This document shows, piece after piece, positions 1 to 10,192 of a DNA stretch of 64,000 nt (the stretch's first letter is position 1; the number at the start of each line of letters is the position of its first letter). The notes beneath the pieces are model-generated. The model saw only the letters and a program-made list of their open reading frames with translations, did no database searches and was not told the origin of the DNA. The stretch lies in the IMG/VR virus record IMGVR_UViG_3300025913_000019; one strand, written 5' to 3'. The translations under genes and the position numbers were made by a program. The stretch comes from a virus. Taxonomy: Duplodnaviria > Caudoviricetes.

Positions 1-1
1 G

Positions 2-727
2 CGGTACGGCAAGGACTACATCCAGACGTTCATCAAGAGCCTGTGGGCAAGTGCCAAGTCGTGGCTCATCGACGGGCTGAAGAACTTCTTCCTCGGCGGC
101 AAGAAGCTGGCTGACATGAAGCCCGGGACCCCGGAGTACAGCGCTAAGCTGATCCAGGGTGAGATGAACCCGATGAAGACCAGCAAGCCGAAGTACTTCG
201 CGACCAACTGGGCTGCCTCGCAGTCCAACGCGAAGCAGGAAGAGCTGCTGCAGGACTACGTCGACAACTACAACAACGAGACGGACCCGGTCGACAAGCA
301 AGGCTTCCTCAACGCTCTGCAGTTCTTCGTCGCTGGCGGCAACGGCATCAACCTCAAGACGGTGCGAGCGCCGCTCTACGACCAGATCAAGGCCACGGGC
401 ATCGATGTCTCGCACATCAAGCGCGGTGGAGCCACGACCGAACGCATGCCGGCTGCAGCTGCTCCTGCCACCGCGTTCTCGTCTCCGATCCGTGCTGCAG
501 GTGTTGCCAATCCTGTCGTGAGCCGCGGTGCCGGCGCGGCCGTGAAGGCAACAGCTCCTGCCGTGACTGCACCGGTGGCGCCTAAGACGGTGGCTCCGCC
601 TTCCGGTCAACGTGCTGGCGCATCGTCCCCTGGCGTCGGTCCTGGTCTCGGCAACGCCAACATCTCGAACAAGGGTGTTCGGGATGATCTGCATCTCATC
701 AATGGAGGCACGCTCGTCGCGCACTAA
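2..727 (+). CDS. 5'-truncated virion/tail-region protein (C-terminal part; Ala/Pro-rich tail)
   Basis: Frame of ORF 116..727 is open back to nt 2 (RYGKDYIQTFIKSLW...) and uses the host-like codon pattern. It abuts the tail lysin gene. Function is inferred from position only. Confidence 0.5.
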   Translation, partial: RYGKDYIQTFIKSLWASAKSWLIDGLKNFFLGGKKLADMKPGTPEYSAKLIQGEMNPMKTSKPKYFATNWAASQSNAKQEELLQDYVDNYNNETDPVDKQGFLNALQFFVAGGNGINLKTVRAPLYDQIKATGIDVSHIKRGGATTERMPAAAAPATAFSSPIRAAGVANPVVSRGAGAAVKATAPAVTAPVAPKTVAPPSGQRAGASSPGVGPGLGNANISNKGVRDDLHLINGGTLVAH

Positions 728-730
728 ACC

Positions 731-2278
731 ATGAGCATCATCGATTCGATTCGTATGAGTCAACGACGGCAGGCCATGCTTGCTTCAGGAGCAGCCGTCG
801 AAATGCTGGCCCCGACTGCCGTCGCCGGACTCGTCGTCTCGATCGGTGATGTGATGCAGAACGGCAAGTCGATCCAGTATCAGCGTATGCTGAACTCGGC
901 CTTCAAGAAGATCAAGCATGCGGTCCTGGTCGCGAACCGCGACAAGGCGGTGCCGAAGTTGGCGCTCGAAGCCGAAGAGTCGGAGGCGATGGAGACCTTG
1001 ATCGGCGCCGTCAAGTCTGGCTTCAGCACTGCGATCGAGACCCTGTGCGAAGGTCTGTTCTCGTTCATCCCGTTCGCAATCGAGACCGTGGTAGCCCCAC
1101 TCTTCACGCTTGCGAGCTGGACTATCGCGGCTGTGCTGCCCCTGATCCTGACGCCTGAAGGGCTGGCCGTCGTTGGCACCATCGCCCTCGGCACCTTCTT
1201 CTACAAGCGCTGGAAGGCTTGGGAGTCGGGCGAATCTGAAGGGGAGTACAAGCCGGCCGAGCCACAGGTGCCGAGCCTGCGTGCGTTCCAACCGAGCGCA
1301 GCTGGTGTCCCTCCTTCGACCGCGGCTGAAGCGCCGATGACAGGTCTCGAAGCACGTGGCTTCAGGAACAACAACCCGGGCAATCTTCGATACGCGCAGC
1401 AGCCCGGAGCCCTGCCTCAGTCGGGACCGTTCGCGCAGTTCGCGACACAGGGTCAAGGGCTCTACAACCTGGGGCGACAGATCGAGCTGAACTACAGTCG
1501 TGGCACCAACACCGTGACCTCGATGATCTCGACGTGGGCACCGGCGACCGAGAACAAGACCAAGGAATACATCGCCGACGTGTCGCAGCGCATGAACGTC
1601 AAGGCCGATGACAAGCTGGATCTTGGCAAGCAAGAAGTGCTGGCAGCGCTGATGAAGGCGATCATCATCCATGAGAACGGCTCGTGCCCGTACTCGGATG
1701 CACAGATTGCGGAGGCAGCTGCACAGGCCCTGGGCTTTGCGGCCAACGGCTACAAGGATCAGGGTGAGACCGATGTCCGACTCGTGTATCCGACGAGCGG
1801 TGTCATCTCGTCTCCTTTCGGTCATCGTGAGAAACCGATTGAAGGCGCGTCGACAGAGCACCAAGGTGTCGACATCGCGGGTTCTGAGGGTACTGCCGTG
1901 GTTGCGGCCGCAGCAGGTACGGTGGAAGTGGAGCGGGAGTCGAGCTCCTACGGCAATTTCATCCAACTCAAACACGCCAGCTTCTGGACTCGCTATGGTC
2001 ACCTCTCTGCCTTCAACGTCAAGCAGGGCGAAGCCGTTGTCGCCGGACAGAAGATCGGCACCATGGGCTCCACCGGCGTTAGCACCGGAGCCCACCTCCA
2101 CTTCGAAGTCCAACCCTTCACGTCAACGCATCCTGTCGATCCTGCGACCTACCTTGCGTCCCTCGGGCGTGGCTCACACGTGGCCGCTTCCGAGGTCAAG
2201 CCCGCTCCGATAGCTGTTGCGCCAAGCGACAAGCTGTTCATCAAGCAGGGCGACCGCATCATCACTCTGAACTCTTGA
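731..2278 (+). CDS. Virion-associated peptidoglycan hydrolase: lysozyme-like 'NNPGN' domain plus C-terminal M23 peptidase
   Basis: RNNNPGNLRY...WAPATENKT...HENG motifs, then M23 motifs HQGVDIAG, TRYGHL and TGAHLHFEV. Lies immediately upstream of the baseplate genes. Confidence 0.8.
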   Translation: MSIIDSIRMSQRRQAMLASGAAVEMLAPTAVAGLVVSIGDVMQNGKSIQYQRMLNSAFKKIKHAVLVANRDKAVPKLALEAEESEAMETLIGAVKSGFSTAIETLCEGLFSFIPFAIETVVAPLFTLASWTIAAVLPLILTPEGLAVVGTIALGTFFYKRWKAWESGESEGEYKPAEPQVPSLRAFQPSAAGVPPSTAAEAPMTGLEARGFRNNNPGNLRYAQQPGALPQSGPFAQFATQGQGLYNLGRQIELNYSRGTNTVTSMISTWAPATENKTKEYIADVSQRMNVKADDKLDLGKQEVLAALMKAIIIHENGSCPYSDAQIAEAAAQALGFAANGYKDQGETDVRLVYPTSGVISSPFGHREKPIEGASTEHQGVDIAGSEGTAVVAAAAGTVEVERESSSYGNFIQLKHASFWTRYGHLSAFNVKQGEAVVAGQKIGTMGSTGVSTGAHLHFEVQPFTSTHPVDPATYLASLGRGSHVAASEVKPAPIAVAPSDKLFIKQGDRIITLNS

Positions 2279-2285
2279 GGGACCT

Positions 2286-3272
2286 ATGGGCATCCTTGAC
2301 CAATGGAGTGCGGCTTCGCGCTCTGCGATCGCAGGCGTGAAGGCGAGCCTTCCATCCAACAACAGCGGGTCGAGCACAACCGACCCGATGTTGATGACAT
2401 CGAATCGCAAGTATCTGATCCAGATCACTCAGGCGCAGGACATCGCGACTGTCGGCACGCAGGGCCAGCCCCTGATCGTCGTCGGTCAGGTGCCCGAAGA
2501 ACTGCAGATGGATCAGTCGGTGAACTGGAAGGCGCCGTGGGGTGCAGGTCTCGCTGGCGACGGCACGACCAGCGACCTGCTGGCTGTCACCATGGGCACA
2601 CGCCTGCTGGCGCAGGTGCAGACGCTGCAGGTCTGGCAGGGCTCCGGCAACGACATTGACTTCACGGTCACGCTCGAGTTCCGGGCCTGGTCGGATGTCG
2701 ACCGCGATGTCATGATCCCGATGCAGAACCTGCTGGCCATGAGCGTCCCCAGCGTCGACCCGTCGACCGGCTGGCTTCGGAGTCCGGGTCCGATCCTCGA
2801 TGCGGCGGCCGTCAAGGCTATCGGTCAGGGCGCGGTCTCTGTCGTCTCCGACCTCGTTGACGCCGGTACGAACGCGGCCACGAAGGCACTGACCGATGGC
2901 CAGGGTTACTCCAAAGCTGTCGTCTCCACGTTCCAAGCCGTGGGCTCGAAGGCCGGACAGAAGCTGCGTGCTGCCAAGGGCGAGCTCGAACAGCTGCTGA
3001 AGAACAAGATCGAGGTTCGCATCGGCGACTGGTTCCGCATGAGCAACGTCGTGGTCACGAACGTGCAGAACACGATGAAGCCGCAGCAGCCGGGACCCAA
3101 CGGCGGTATCATGGCCGGTACGTCGACCGTGACCTTCCGACCCATGTTCGCGATCACGACCGACGACATCCAGTCGATCCTCATGACCGCGGGTGCACGT
3201 CAGCTCAACAACGGGTCGCAACGGTCGAACAGCTTCCTGTCCCTCGGCGGTGGCGGACCTTCCTTCTTCTAA
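2286..3272 (+). CDS. Putative baseplate/tail-tube initiator protein (T4 gp48/gp54-like)
   Basis: Position between tail lysin and baseplate genes; QVWQGSGNDIDFTVTLEF and MSNVVVTNV...TVTFRP beta pattern typical of tube-fold proteins. Inference. Confidence 0.45.
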   Translation: MGILDQWSAASRSAIAGVKASLPSNNSGSSTTDPMLMTSNRKYLIQITQAQDIATVGTQGQPLIVVGQVPEELQMDQSVNWKAPWGAGLAGDGTTSDLLAVTMGTRLLAQVQTLQVWQGSGNDIDFTVTLEFRAWSDVDRDVMIPMQNLLAMSVPSVDPSTGWLRSPGPILDAAAVKAIGQGAVSVVSDLVDAGTNAATKALTDGQGYSKAVVSTFQAVGSKAGQKLRAAKGELEQLLKNKIEVRIGDWFRMSNVVVTNVQNTMKPQQPGPNGGIMAGTSTVTFRPMFAITTDDIQSILMTAGARQLNNGSQRSNSFLSLGGGGPSFF

Positions 3273-3281
3273 GGCCAGACC

Positions 3282-3623
3282 ATGAGCATCCCACTCTACT
3301 CTGACGCGACACCTCTCATCACGCTCTTCAATGGCGACACCGACATCGACTGGCTGTCGAGCCAGTACGCGAACATGCGCTACAGCGTCACGGTCGACAA
3401 GGTCGTGACCATCGATGCGAAGTACGAGGCGAACCTCCCTGGTCTCGCGTTCGACTACTACGCTGACGTCGAGTACTGGCGCGCCATCATGTGGTTCAAC
3501 GGCCTGTCCGATCCGATCAACGACGTTTGCGTCGGTGCCAAGATCGGCATGCCGAACAAGAGCAGCCTCGACGCCTTCTTCGCAGCAGCAATCGCGACCA
3601 AGAACAACACCCTCACGATCTAG
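3282..3623 (+). CDS. Small baseplate wedge protein (gp53/LysM/TailX-like)
   Basis: LPGLAFDYYADVEYWRAIMWFNGLSDP...GAKIGMP matches the LysM-like gp53/TailX pattern; 113 aa. Confidence 0.65.
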   Translation: MSIPLYSDATPLITLFNGDTDIDWLSSQYANMRYSVTVDKVVTIDAKYEANLPGLAFDYYADVEYWRAIMWFNGLSDPINDVCVGAKIGMPNKSSLDAFFAAAIATKNNTLTI

Positions 3624-3631
3624 AGGACGCC

Positions 3632-4741
3632 ATGACCTTCCGCGTCAATGACCAGGTGACAGCATCGGTCTTCATCGCCGGACGCGAGTTCCTTCTCGAC
3701 TACGGCAACAGCCTGCGGTCGCTCCACATCCAGGCTTCGTCTCTGCTGCACCTGCCGCAGATGCGGATCAGCTTCGTCGACACGCTGGACCAGATGCCCA
3801 ACTTTGGGCTCCAGGACGGCGCACAGATCACGGTGCAGATCAACTCGACCGTGACGACGACGCGCAACTTCCGCGTCTTCCACTGGGATCGTGACCCGGC
3901 GCCGCAGGGCTTCGTCTACACCATCGACTGCTACTGGGATGCGCCGCGGTACTGGGCAGGCACCTCTCAGGCCGGCATCCGCGGCTCAAGCTCGCAAGCG
4001 CTGCAGGACATTGCATCGACCTGCGGCCTCAAGTGGTGGTCGAAGAATGACAACACGAGCGACTCGATGCTGTGGCTGCCGGGTAACAAGACGTTCGCGG
4101 CCTTCGCGCGTGACATCGCAAGGGCTGGCTACATCTCCGACACGAGCCACATGGGCCTGGCTGTCGATTCGATCGGCAACATGCTCTACCTTGACATCAA
4201 CAAGATCCCGAAGCCGGAGATCAGCGTCGGCACGCTGGCCGTGCAAGGCGGCGGGCACTTCCTCATGTGCACCGACTTCACGCCGCAGACGAAGTCGGGG
4301 ACCAACAATCTCGTGGGCGGGTACAGGCACAACCGCTACGTGCAGTCGGTCAACGGTACGCTCGAACTCGACAACCTGGAAGACGAACTGCAGTTCGACT
4401 CGGACTCGAAGTATCCGCTGCTGAGCCAGGACGTGCGTGGTCGCATGGTCCGAGGCGGCGTCAGCTACGGACATGTCGACTTCGGCAACGTGCACGACAA
4501 GTACGAGCGTGCGAAGTATCAGAACGGCCGGTACAACTTGCTGAACAGCCTGACGGGCGAAGTGCTGTTCCCGTTTCAGACGAGCTGGGAGCCGTTCCAG
4601 AACTTCAGTCTCGCTCAGCCTGCCGACCTCGAGTCGTCCCAGTACAACGGTGAATATACGATCCGGGACAAGATCATCTTCATTCAAGGCACGACCTACG
4701 TCGAGAAACTTGTCGCGGTCAAGAATGGCCTGGGGTCCTAA
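3632..4741 (+). CDS. Baseplate hub protein (gp27/gpD-like)
   Basis: Start reassigned to ATG 3632 (MTFRVNDQ, after GAGG). About 369 aa, directly upstream of the spike gene, matching hub-spike-gp25 synteny. Confidence 0.6.
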   Translation: MTFRVNDQVTASVFIAGREFLLDYGNSLRSLHIQASSLLHLPQMRISFVDTLDQMPNFGLQDGAQITVQINSTVTTTRNFRVFHWDRDPAPQGFVYTIDCYWDAPRYWAGTSQAGIRGSSSQALQDIASTCGLKWWSKNDNTSDSMLWLPGNKTFAAFARDIARAGYISDTSHMGLAVDSIGNMLYLDINKIPKPEISVGTLAVQGGGHFLMCTDFTPQTKSGTNNLVGGYRHNRYVQSVNGTLELDNLEDELQFDSDSKYPLLSQDVRGRMVRGGVSYGHVDFGNVHDKYERAKYQNGRYNLLNSLTGEVLFPFQTSWEPFQNFSLAQPADLESSQYNGEYTIRDKIIFIQGTTYVEKLVAVKNGLGS

Positions 4742-5542
4742 ATGAGCTTCGACACACTCAACAACGCGCTCGCGCTCTTCACCGACAACCTGGGGAACAA
4801 GTGGTTCAAGGCCAAGGTGAAGACCAACGTCGACCCGGATAATCTCGATCGCATCCAGGTCGAACTTCCTGGCATGTACGATCCAGACCTCGGTGATGTG
4901 CCGTGGTGTGGTCCCATGAAGATGAGCCCCTTCGGCTTCGGCCAGGGCTACGGAGTCTTCGGTACCCCGGTCCCAGGTTCCGACGTGCTGGTGACGCTGC
5001 AGGGCGGCGATCCGCATTACCCGATGTACATGCACATCCAGTGCTGGCCGAACCCCTCGGAGTTCCCGTCGGGTACGGCCTGGGGCTGGAAGGACCCGGA
5101 TGGCAATGCCCTCATCGTCCAGGGCAAGGACATCCAGTTCAAGACCGGCGGCGGCTGGTCGATCCATATCACTGCCACTGGCGACTACACGGTGACGGCG
5201 CCCGCAGGTGCGACCGGGACCTACAACGTCCCAACCGTGGTGTGGAACTGCACGGACTTCACGATCAACGCCAGCAACGGCGTCCACGTCACGGCCGCGT
5301 TCACTACGGTCCAGGGCATCTTCGACGTCAACGGCGACACCAACATCAACACGGTGACGATCAGCTCTGCGGGGGCTGTGAATGTGCCGACGGTTGCGAC
5401 GTTCACGATGCAGCCGATCATGACCGCGGGTCTGAACATCACGGGTGGCAGCTTCCTGTACGGCACCCACGACCTGGGTCCGAATCACAAGCACACGGGT
5501 GGTACGCTCAGCGGCGGACTCACCGGCACGGTCAGCACATAA
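4742..5542 (+). CDS. Baseplate central spike (gp5/gpV-like)
   Basis: OB-fold start KAKVKTNVDPDNLDRIQVELPG...PW, PVPGSDVLVTLQGGDPHYP, beta-helix repeats and C-terminal apex HxH motif (NHKHTGG). Confidence 0.85.
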   Translation: MSFDTLNNALALFTDNLGNKWFKAKVKTNVDPDNLDRIQVELPGMYDPDLGDVPWCGPMKMSPFGFGQGYGVFGTPVPGSDVLVTLQGGDPHYPMYMHIQCWPNPSEFPSGTAWGWKDPDGNALIVQGKDIQFKTGGGWSIHITATGDYTVTAPAGATGTYNVPTVVWNCTDFTINASNGVHVTAAFTTVQGIFDVNGDTNINTVTISSAGAVNVPTVATFTMQPIMTAGLNITGGSFLYGTHDLGPNHKHTGGTLSGGLTGTVST

Positions 5543-5551
5543 GGAGGGCGA

Positions 5552-5968
5552 ATGCCTGCAACTACCACGTACCAGACGCAGCTGTCGGACGCGCTGTGGG
5601 TCGACGTCAACACGGACTTCGGCCTCAACAGCTTGCCCGACAGGCTGCCCGACGGGCTGGCGATTGTCAAGTCGAGCCTGCGCAACCTCTTCAACTGCGT
5701 ACCCGGCCAGCGTGCACGCACGTTCCAGCCGACATACGGTTCGATCTGGCTGCACTTCATCCACGAACCCATCTGCGACATGACGGCACAGAAGATGGAG
5801 ACCTTCATGGTGCAGGCGATCGAGAAGTGGGAGCCGCGTATCACGCTCGACCTCGTCAACACCGCAATCATCCCCGACACGACGATCCCCGGCTATAAGG
5901 TTCGCATCGCATTCGTGATGCCGAATGTGCCGGGGCTCCAACAACTTGACTTCGAGGTGCCCGTATGA
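5552..5968 (+). CDS. Baseplate wedge gp25/gpW-like protein
   Basis: SLRNLFNCVPGQR...PTYGS...AIEKWEPRI is the gp25 signature; follows the spike gene. Confidence 0.85.
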   Translation: MPATTTYQTQLSDALWVDVNTDFGLNSLPDRLPDGLAIVKSSLRNLFNCVPGQRARTFQPTYGSIWLHFIHEPICDMTAQKMETFMVQAIEKWEPRITLDLVNTAIIPDTTIPGYKVRIAFVMPNVPGLQQLDFEVPV

Positions 5969-8196
5969 GTCTCGCCTTCACCGCCACCTATCTGCCGGCG
6001 GCGTCTGTCAATCAGGCGTTCGCGCAGTTCATGACCGTCACGGGTGGCGTGGCTCCCTACACGTTCGCTCTGGTCGGCGGCACCATGCCCCCTGGCCTCA
6101 GCATGAACAACCAGGGTCTGATCTCCGGTACGGCGACGACGCTGGGCCTGTACTCGATCACGATCGAGGCTGCCGACTCGACCCCGGGCACGCCGCAGAC
6201 GGTGACCGCGACCTTCAGCTTCCAAGTGCTGGATCTCATCAACCTGCTCGACTCCACCGTCGATCAAGCGCAGTTCGTCTCGCAGTTCGAAGCCGACCTG
6301 GCAACGACGGACACGTGGAGCACCGGCCTCACGACGCAGACGAGCCAGACGCTCATCGAGTTCATCTCGGCCATCGGCACGTTCCTGACCAGCCGCATCA
6401 GCCGTGCCGTCGAAGACGCATTCCCCGAGACCGCGCAGTCCGACTCGGCGATCCGCGCCATCGTCAACATGCAGGGCACACGCCTCAGCCGCAAGCTGCC
6501 CGCGACCGTGCCCGCGACTCTGGTCTCGACAACGACGCAGACGCTGCCTCCGTACTCGCAGCTGTCGGGTGGCGGCTACAACTGGTTTCTGAAGGATGCG
6601 ATCCACCTGAGCGCCAACGTGCCGCAGACTGTGACGCTGCGCGAGGGCATCGTCGTCTCGAGCACGCTGTCGGGTCTCGGCTCCGATCTCCAGACCTGGG
6701 TGTCGGTCGATGACGCATTCACGGTCAGCGATCAGGACGTGCTGGTTCAGCTCAACGGCGTCGACCTCACCAAGGCCTTCGGCGCGCTCTGGAACTACCC
6801 CGGACAGAAGGCGTACGCGGACTCGACCCTGAGCGACGGCCGGCTCAACATCCAGTTCGGCGCGCAGGGTTATGGCGCTGTCCCTGGCGTCAACGACCGC
6901 GTGGCCATCACGTATGCGAAGACGCAGGGCACAACCGTCAACGGTGCGAACCTGACCAACGTGAGCATCAACGGCTCGTCGGTCTCGAACGTCACCGGCC
7001 ACTTCACGGGCAATCCGTCCGGTGGTGCCGACGAGCGTTCGACCTTCGCCTACAAGAACTTCGCGGCTGGCTCCTTCGGCACGTACAGCTCCGCGGTCAC
7101 GAAGTCGCAGTACGCCGCGACAGTCGCGAACTACCCGGGCATCATCGACGCGATCACGCAGGCCCAGCGCGAGATCAACCCGGCGGCGCTCGAGTGGATG
7201 AACGTGATCCGTGTCTCGGCTCTCACGAGCTCGACATGGAGCCAGGACCAGGTGGACGAGTTCCTGTCCTACCTGCAATCGGTCACGATGTACCAGCCGA
7301 AGTTCCTGTGGCAGGCGCCGGTCGCGATCCCCAACATCGTCGACATCTCGGTCTACTGCTTCAACTCGGTCAACAGCCTGGACGACGTGAAGACCAAGGT
7401 GACGAAGGCGATCGAGAACCTGTTCTCGGCCCGGCCCGGCATCCTGCTCACCGACTTGTTCGCATCCGACCTGGTCGAGACAGCGTTTAACGCAGCACCC
7501 GGCCAGATCAGCTACGTGTTGGTGAACAAGCCTACAAGCCCCATGATCGTCACCAGTCCTCTGAGCCCCAAGCTCACGGCCACGATCATCGCTGGTTCCG
7601 GCACCGTCACGCCCGCCGTCTACGCCTACGCGGTGGCAGTCGATGCTGCGACGCCAAGCCCGAACTTCCTGGGCTATATCGACGCTTCCGTGAATCCTGG
7701 ATACCCGACAGGTGCGACGGCTGCGGGCCAGTACTGGATCATCAGCAAGCCCGGTATGATCGGTCCGACGGGTCTCCAGTTCGCGGTCAACAAGGGCGAC
7801 CAGATCGTCAGCGGCGATCCTCCGGGAACCAGCTGGACCATCGTGGCAACGCCTCCCGGCATCATCGACCACGGGAACCCGACCAACTGGATCAACCCGC
7901 AGGTGGTCACGACATCGGAAGGGATCATCATCGACTGGAGCTCGAACCCGGTGCCGAACGCTCTCACCTACAAGGTGTGGGGCCGCCGTGCAGGAGCGCT
8001 GGGCATCATCGCTGCGCTGGATGCGGACACGCTGCACTACCTGGACATCGCTGCGTCCGACCCGACGCCGCTGCCCTTCGGTGCCGCGAGCGACACCCTC
8101 ATCCGGTACAACACGCTCCAGAGCCTCAACGTCAACGTCGACTACTCGCCGCGTCAACAGAACGCTCTGTTCCCGATCCGGGACGCCAACCAATAA
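5965..8196 (+). CDS. Baseplate wedge protein (gp6/gpJ-like) with N-terminal putative Ig (He_PIG) domain
   Basis: N-terminus GGVAPYTFALVGGTMPPGLSM...GLISGT is the He_PIG pattern. AQSDSAIRAI, QFG...G.VP, GGADERS and AVTKSQY are baseplate-J motifs. Confidence 0.8.
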   Translation: MSLAFTATYLPAASVNQAFAQFMTVTGGVAPYTFALVGGTMPPGLSMNNQGLISGTATTLGLYSITIEAADSTPGTPQTVTATFSFQVLDLINLLDSTVDQAQFVSQFEADLATTDTWSTGLTTQTSQTLIEFISAIGTFLTSRISRAVEDAFPETAQSDSAIRAIVNMQGTRLSRKLPATVPATLVSTTTQTLPPYSQLSGGGYNWFLKDAIHLSANVPQTVTLREGIVVSSTLSGLGSDLQTWVSVDDAFTVSDQDVLVQLNGVDLTKAFGALWNYPGQKAYADSTLSDGRLNIQFGAQGYGAVPGVNDRVAITYAKTQGTTVNGANLTNVSINGSSVSNVTGHFTGNPSGGADERSTFAYKNFAAGSFGTYSSAVTKSQYAATVANYPGIIDAITQAQREINPAALEWMNVIRVSALTSSTWSQDQVDEFLSYLQSVTMYQPKFLWQAPVAIPNIVDISVYCFNSVNSLDDVKTKVTKAIENLFSARPGILLTDLFASDLVETAFNAAPGQISYVLVNKPTSPMIVTSPLSPKLTATIIAGSGTVTPAVYAYAVAVDAATPSPNFLGYIDASVNPGYPTGATAAGQYWIISKPGMIGPTGLQFAVNKGDQIVSGDPPGTSWTIVATPPGIIDHGNPTNWINPQVVTTSEGIIIDWSSNPVPNALTYKVWGRRAGALGIIAALDADTLHYLDIAASDPTPLPFGAASDTLIRYNTLQSLNVNVDYSPRQQNALFPIRDANQ

Positions 8197-8199
8197 GAG

Positions 8200-9072
8200 G
8201 TGTGCATGATCTACACCTACGAAGCCGATCTGCCGTTCACGACGGCGATCGAGAATCGGCGAGCCTTCATCAAGCTGCCGCGGTCGATCCTTCTCGCTCC
8301 GTACCTCGCGACCAACCCGTACTTCGTCGACTTCGCGGACTCCATCGATTCGGTGTTCGACTACCAGATCGAAGCCAAGATCGACGCGCTGAACAACCTG
8401 CGTAATATGTGGGTTGCGACGAAGGCGGTGGAGGCCAAGATCAAGGCCGGCGAGATGATCGACTTCCTGGACTGGGGTGGTCCCGAGCGCGCAGTCGTCG
8501 TCTCGCAGGTCAACCTGCTGGGCATGAAGCTCGCCAATGCCGGGGTGATTTCCGAGTCGGGCTACCGTGCGATCGCAAAGTTCCTCGGCTCCTACTGGTT
8601 CGGCAAGGGCAAGAATGCGGCCATCGACTTCCTGAACTTCTGTCTCGGTGGCGGTCTCAGCATCGCGATCCTGGAAACGCAGGACTACGTGCACTTCTAC
8701 ACCCCTGACCCGACGGCTGGTCGTGCCCACATCTACGACTCGCCGCCGGGCCCGTGGTTCCCGACGACGCACGTACAGATCGGCATGCCCGATCAGTACG
8801 GTGTCGACCCCGTGACCCTCGGCTCCTTCTTCTACGAAATCTGCAACTACAACTTGGTGCTGCACGCAATCGCAGTCTCGTTGAAGTTCCTGATCGTGAC
8901 GGAAGACAGTCCCACATTCGCCAACGTGATGCTGGCGGGTGGGCTGTGGGCGCCGCGGTTCTCGGGACAGACACCGAACTACCCCATCAAGTATCACTCG
9001 CGTGTTGGTGGCTGGACGGGAGGCGTTGGTCAGCCTCTCATGCAGATCAGCGACGCGCAGTGGCCGGACTAA
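8200..9072 (+). CDS. Baseplate wedge protein (gp7/gpI-like)
   Basis: Follows the gpJ-like gene; YWFGKGKNAAIDFLNF and WFPTTHV pattern. True start may be ATG 8206. Confidence 0.55.
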   Translation: MCMIYTYEADLPFTTAIENRRAFIKLPRSILLAPYLATNPYFVDFADSIDSVFDYQIEAKIDALNNLRNMWVATKAVEAKIKAGEMIDFLDWGGPERAVVVSQVNLLGMKLANAGVISESGYRAIAKFLGSYWFGKGKNAAIDFLNFCLGGGLSIAILETQDYVHFYTPDPTAGRAHIYDSPPGPWFPTTHVQIGMPDQYGVDPVTLGSFFYEICNYNLVLHAIAVSLKFLIVTEDSPTFANVMLAGGLWAPRFSGQTPNYPIKYHSRVGGWTGGVGQPLMQISDAQWPD

Positions 9073-9087
9073 ACCCAGGAGTTTCAA

Positions 9088-9657
9088 GTGGATCTTATCA
9101 GTTTCATCCCGGGCATCGGCCCGGTCGCAGCCTTCACACCGGGCGCCAATACGCCCGCCCCCTTCAACGTCAGCCACACGGGCGCGACCGATGGCTCTGG
9201 TCCGTCGACTGCAACCGTCAATCAGGCGGAGCTCTACAACAGGCTGTTGCTGCAGGTCGCATCCGTGATCGCCGGATCGGGCCTCACCATCGACAACGCG
9301 AACTGGGCGCAGCTGCTGGCAGCGGTCCAGAAGATCGCGCACGATGCGGCCGCGGGCACCTACGTCACGGTCGCGAACTACATGTCGGACTTCGCGGTCC
9401 ACAAGGTCGCGAACGGCTACGCGTACCTGGGCCCTCTCGGCATGCTGCTCCAGTGGGGTACGTTCACGAACCCCGGCGGCGGCTCCTTCCTCAACGTGCC
9501 GCTGCCGATCAACTACACGGGCACCCCCTTCGCCGGCGTGGCGACAACGGCTGACGCATCGGCCATCACCGCGACCGAGACGGTCACCTCCAGCTACATC
9601 CGCGTCCAGAACGGCGGCGGTGTCGGCTTCTTCCTCACCATCGGGAGCATGTTCTAA
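9088..9657 (+). CDS. Short tail fibre protein
   Basis: VIAGSGLTIDNANWAQLLAAVQK fibre motif and C-terminal LLQWG...PLPINY (gp53-like fibre tip); followed by a chaperone gene. Confidence 0.7.
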   Translation: MDLISFIPGIGPVAAFTPGANTPAPFNVSHTGATDGSGPSTATVNQAELYNRLLLQVASVIAGSGLTIDNANWAQLLAAVQKIAHDAAAGTYVTVANYMSDFAVHKVANGYAYLGPLGMLLQWGTFTNPGGGSFLNVPLPINYTGTPFAGVATTADASAITATETVTSSYIRVQNGGGVGFFLTIGSMF

Positions 9658-10190
9658 TGAGCGACGAGAACAAGCCGACCGTCGACGGCACCAACATCGA
9701 CAAGACGAGCCTCTACTGGAGCGCGAAGACGGCAGGCTTCTACGACGGCCAGTTCTACGACCAGTACGTCAATCACAGCAACTGGCCTTCGGACTGCGTG
9801 CCGATCAGCCAGGAGATCCACGCGAAGTACGCCTCCGGCATCCCGGCCGGCATGACGCGCGGTGCGGGGCCCGATGGCATGCCCGCCTGGGTGCCGCTGC
9901 CGCCGCCGACTGGAGCCGAAGCCGCACGTGCATTCAACTTCAAGGTCGACGCACGACTCGACGCCGTGGCCAAGCTGTGGGGCTACTCGAAGGGCATCGA
10001 CAACGCCACCACCTGGGCCACGAGCGCGAACCCGCAGTTCGCGGCCGAAGGTCAAGCTCTCGCAGCCTGGCGCGACAAGGTCTGGAACTGGGTGGCATCG
10101 ATCGATCCTGCGACGGCCGATGTCCGGGAGATTCCGAAGCCGCCGATGCGTCCTGGCACTGAATCCACGAACCCCAGCACCGGAGCCTGA
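9657..10190 (+). CDS. Tail fibre assembly chaperone
   Basis: YWSAKTAGFYD...PSDCVPIS...GPDGMPAW then DARLDAVAKLWGY...AAWRDKVW, typical of Tfa/DUF4376-like proteins. Confidence 0.75.
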   Translation: MSDENKPTVDGTNIDKTSLYWSAKTAGFYDGQFYDQYVNHSNWPSDCVPISQEIHAKYASGIPAGMTRGAGPDGMPAWVPLPPPTGAEAARAFNFKVDARLDAVAKLWGYSKGIDNATTWATSANPQFAAEGQALAAWRDKVWNWVASIDPATADVREIPKPPMRPGTESTNPSTGA

Positions 10191-10192
10191 AC

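Noticed and set aside
5893-9402. 1169-aa minus-strand ORF (and similar 3986..5944, 10052..11767)
   Set aside because: Antisense shadow of the baseplate genes caused by high GC3. The product is Arg/Val/Asp-rich with no motifs, and the plus strand has clear baseplate signatures.
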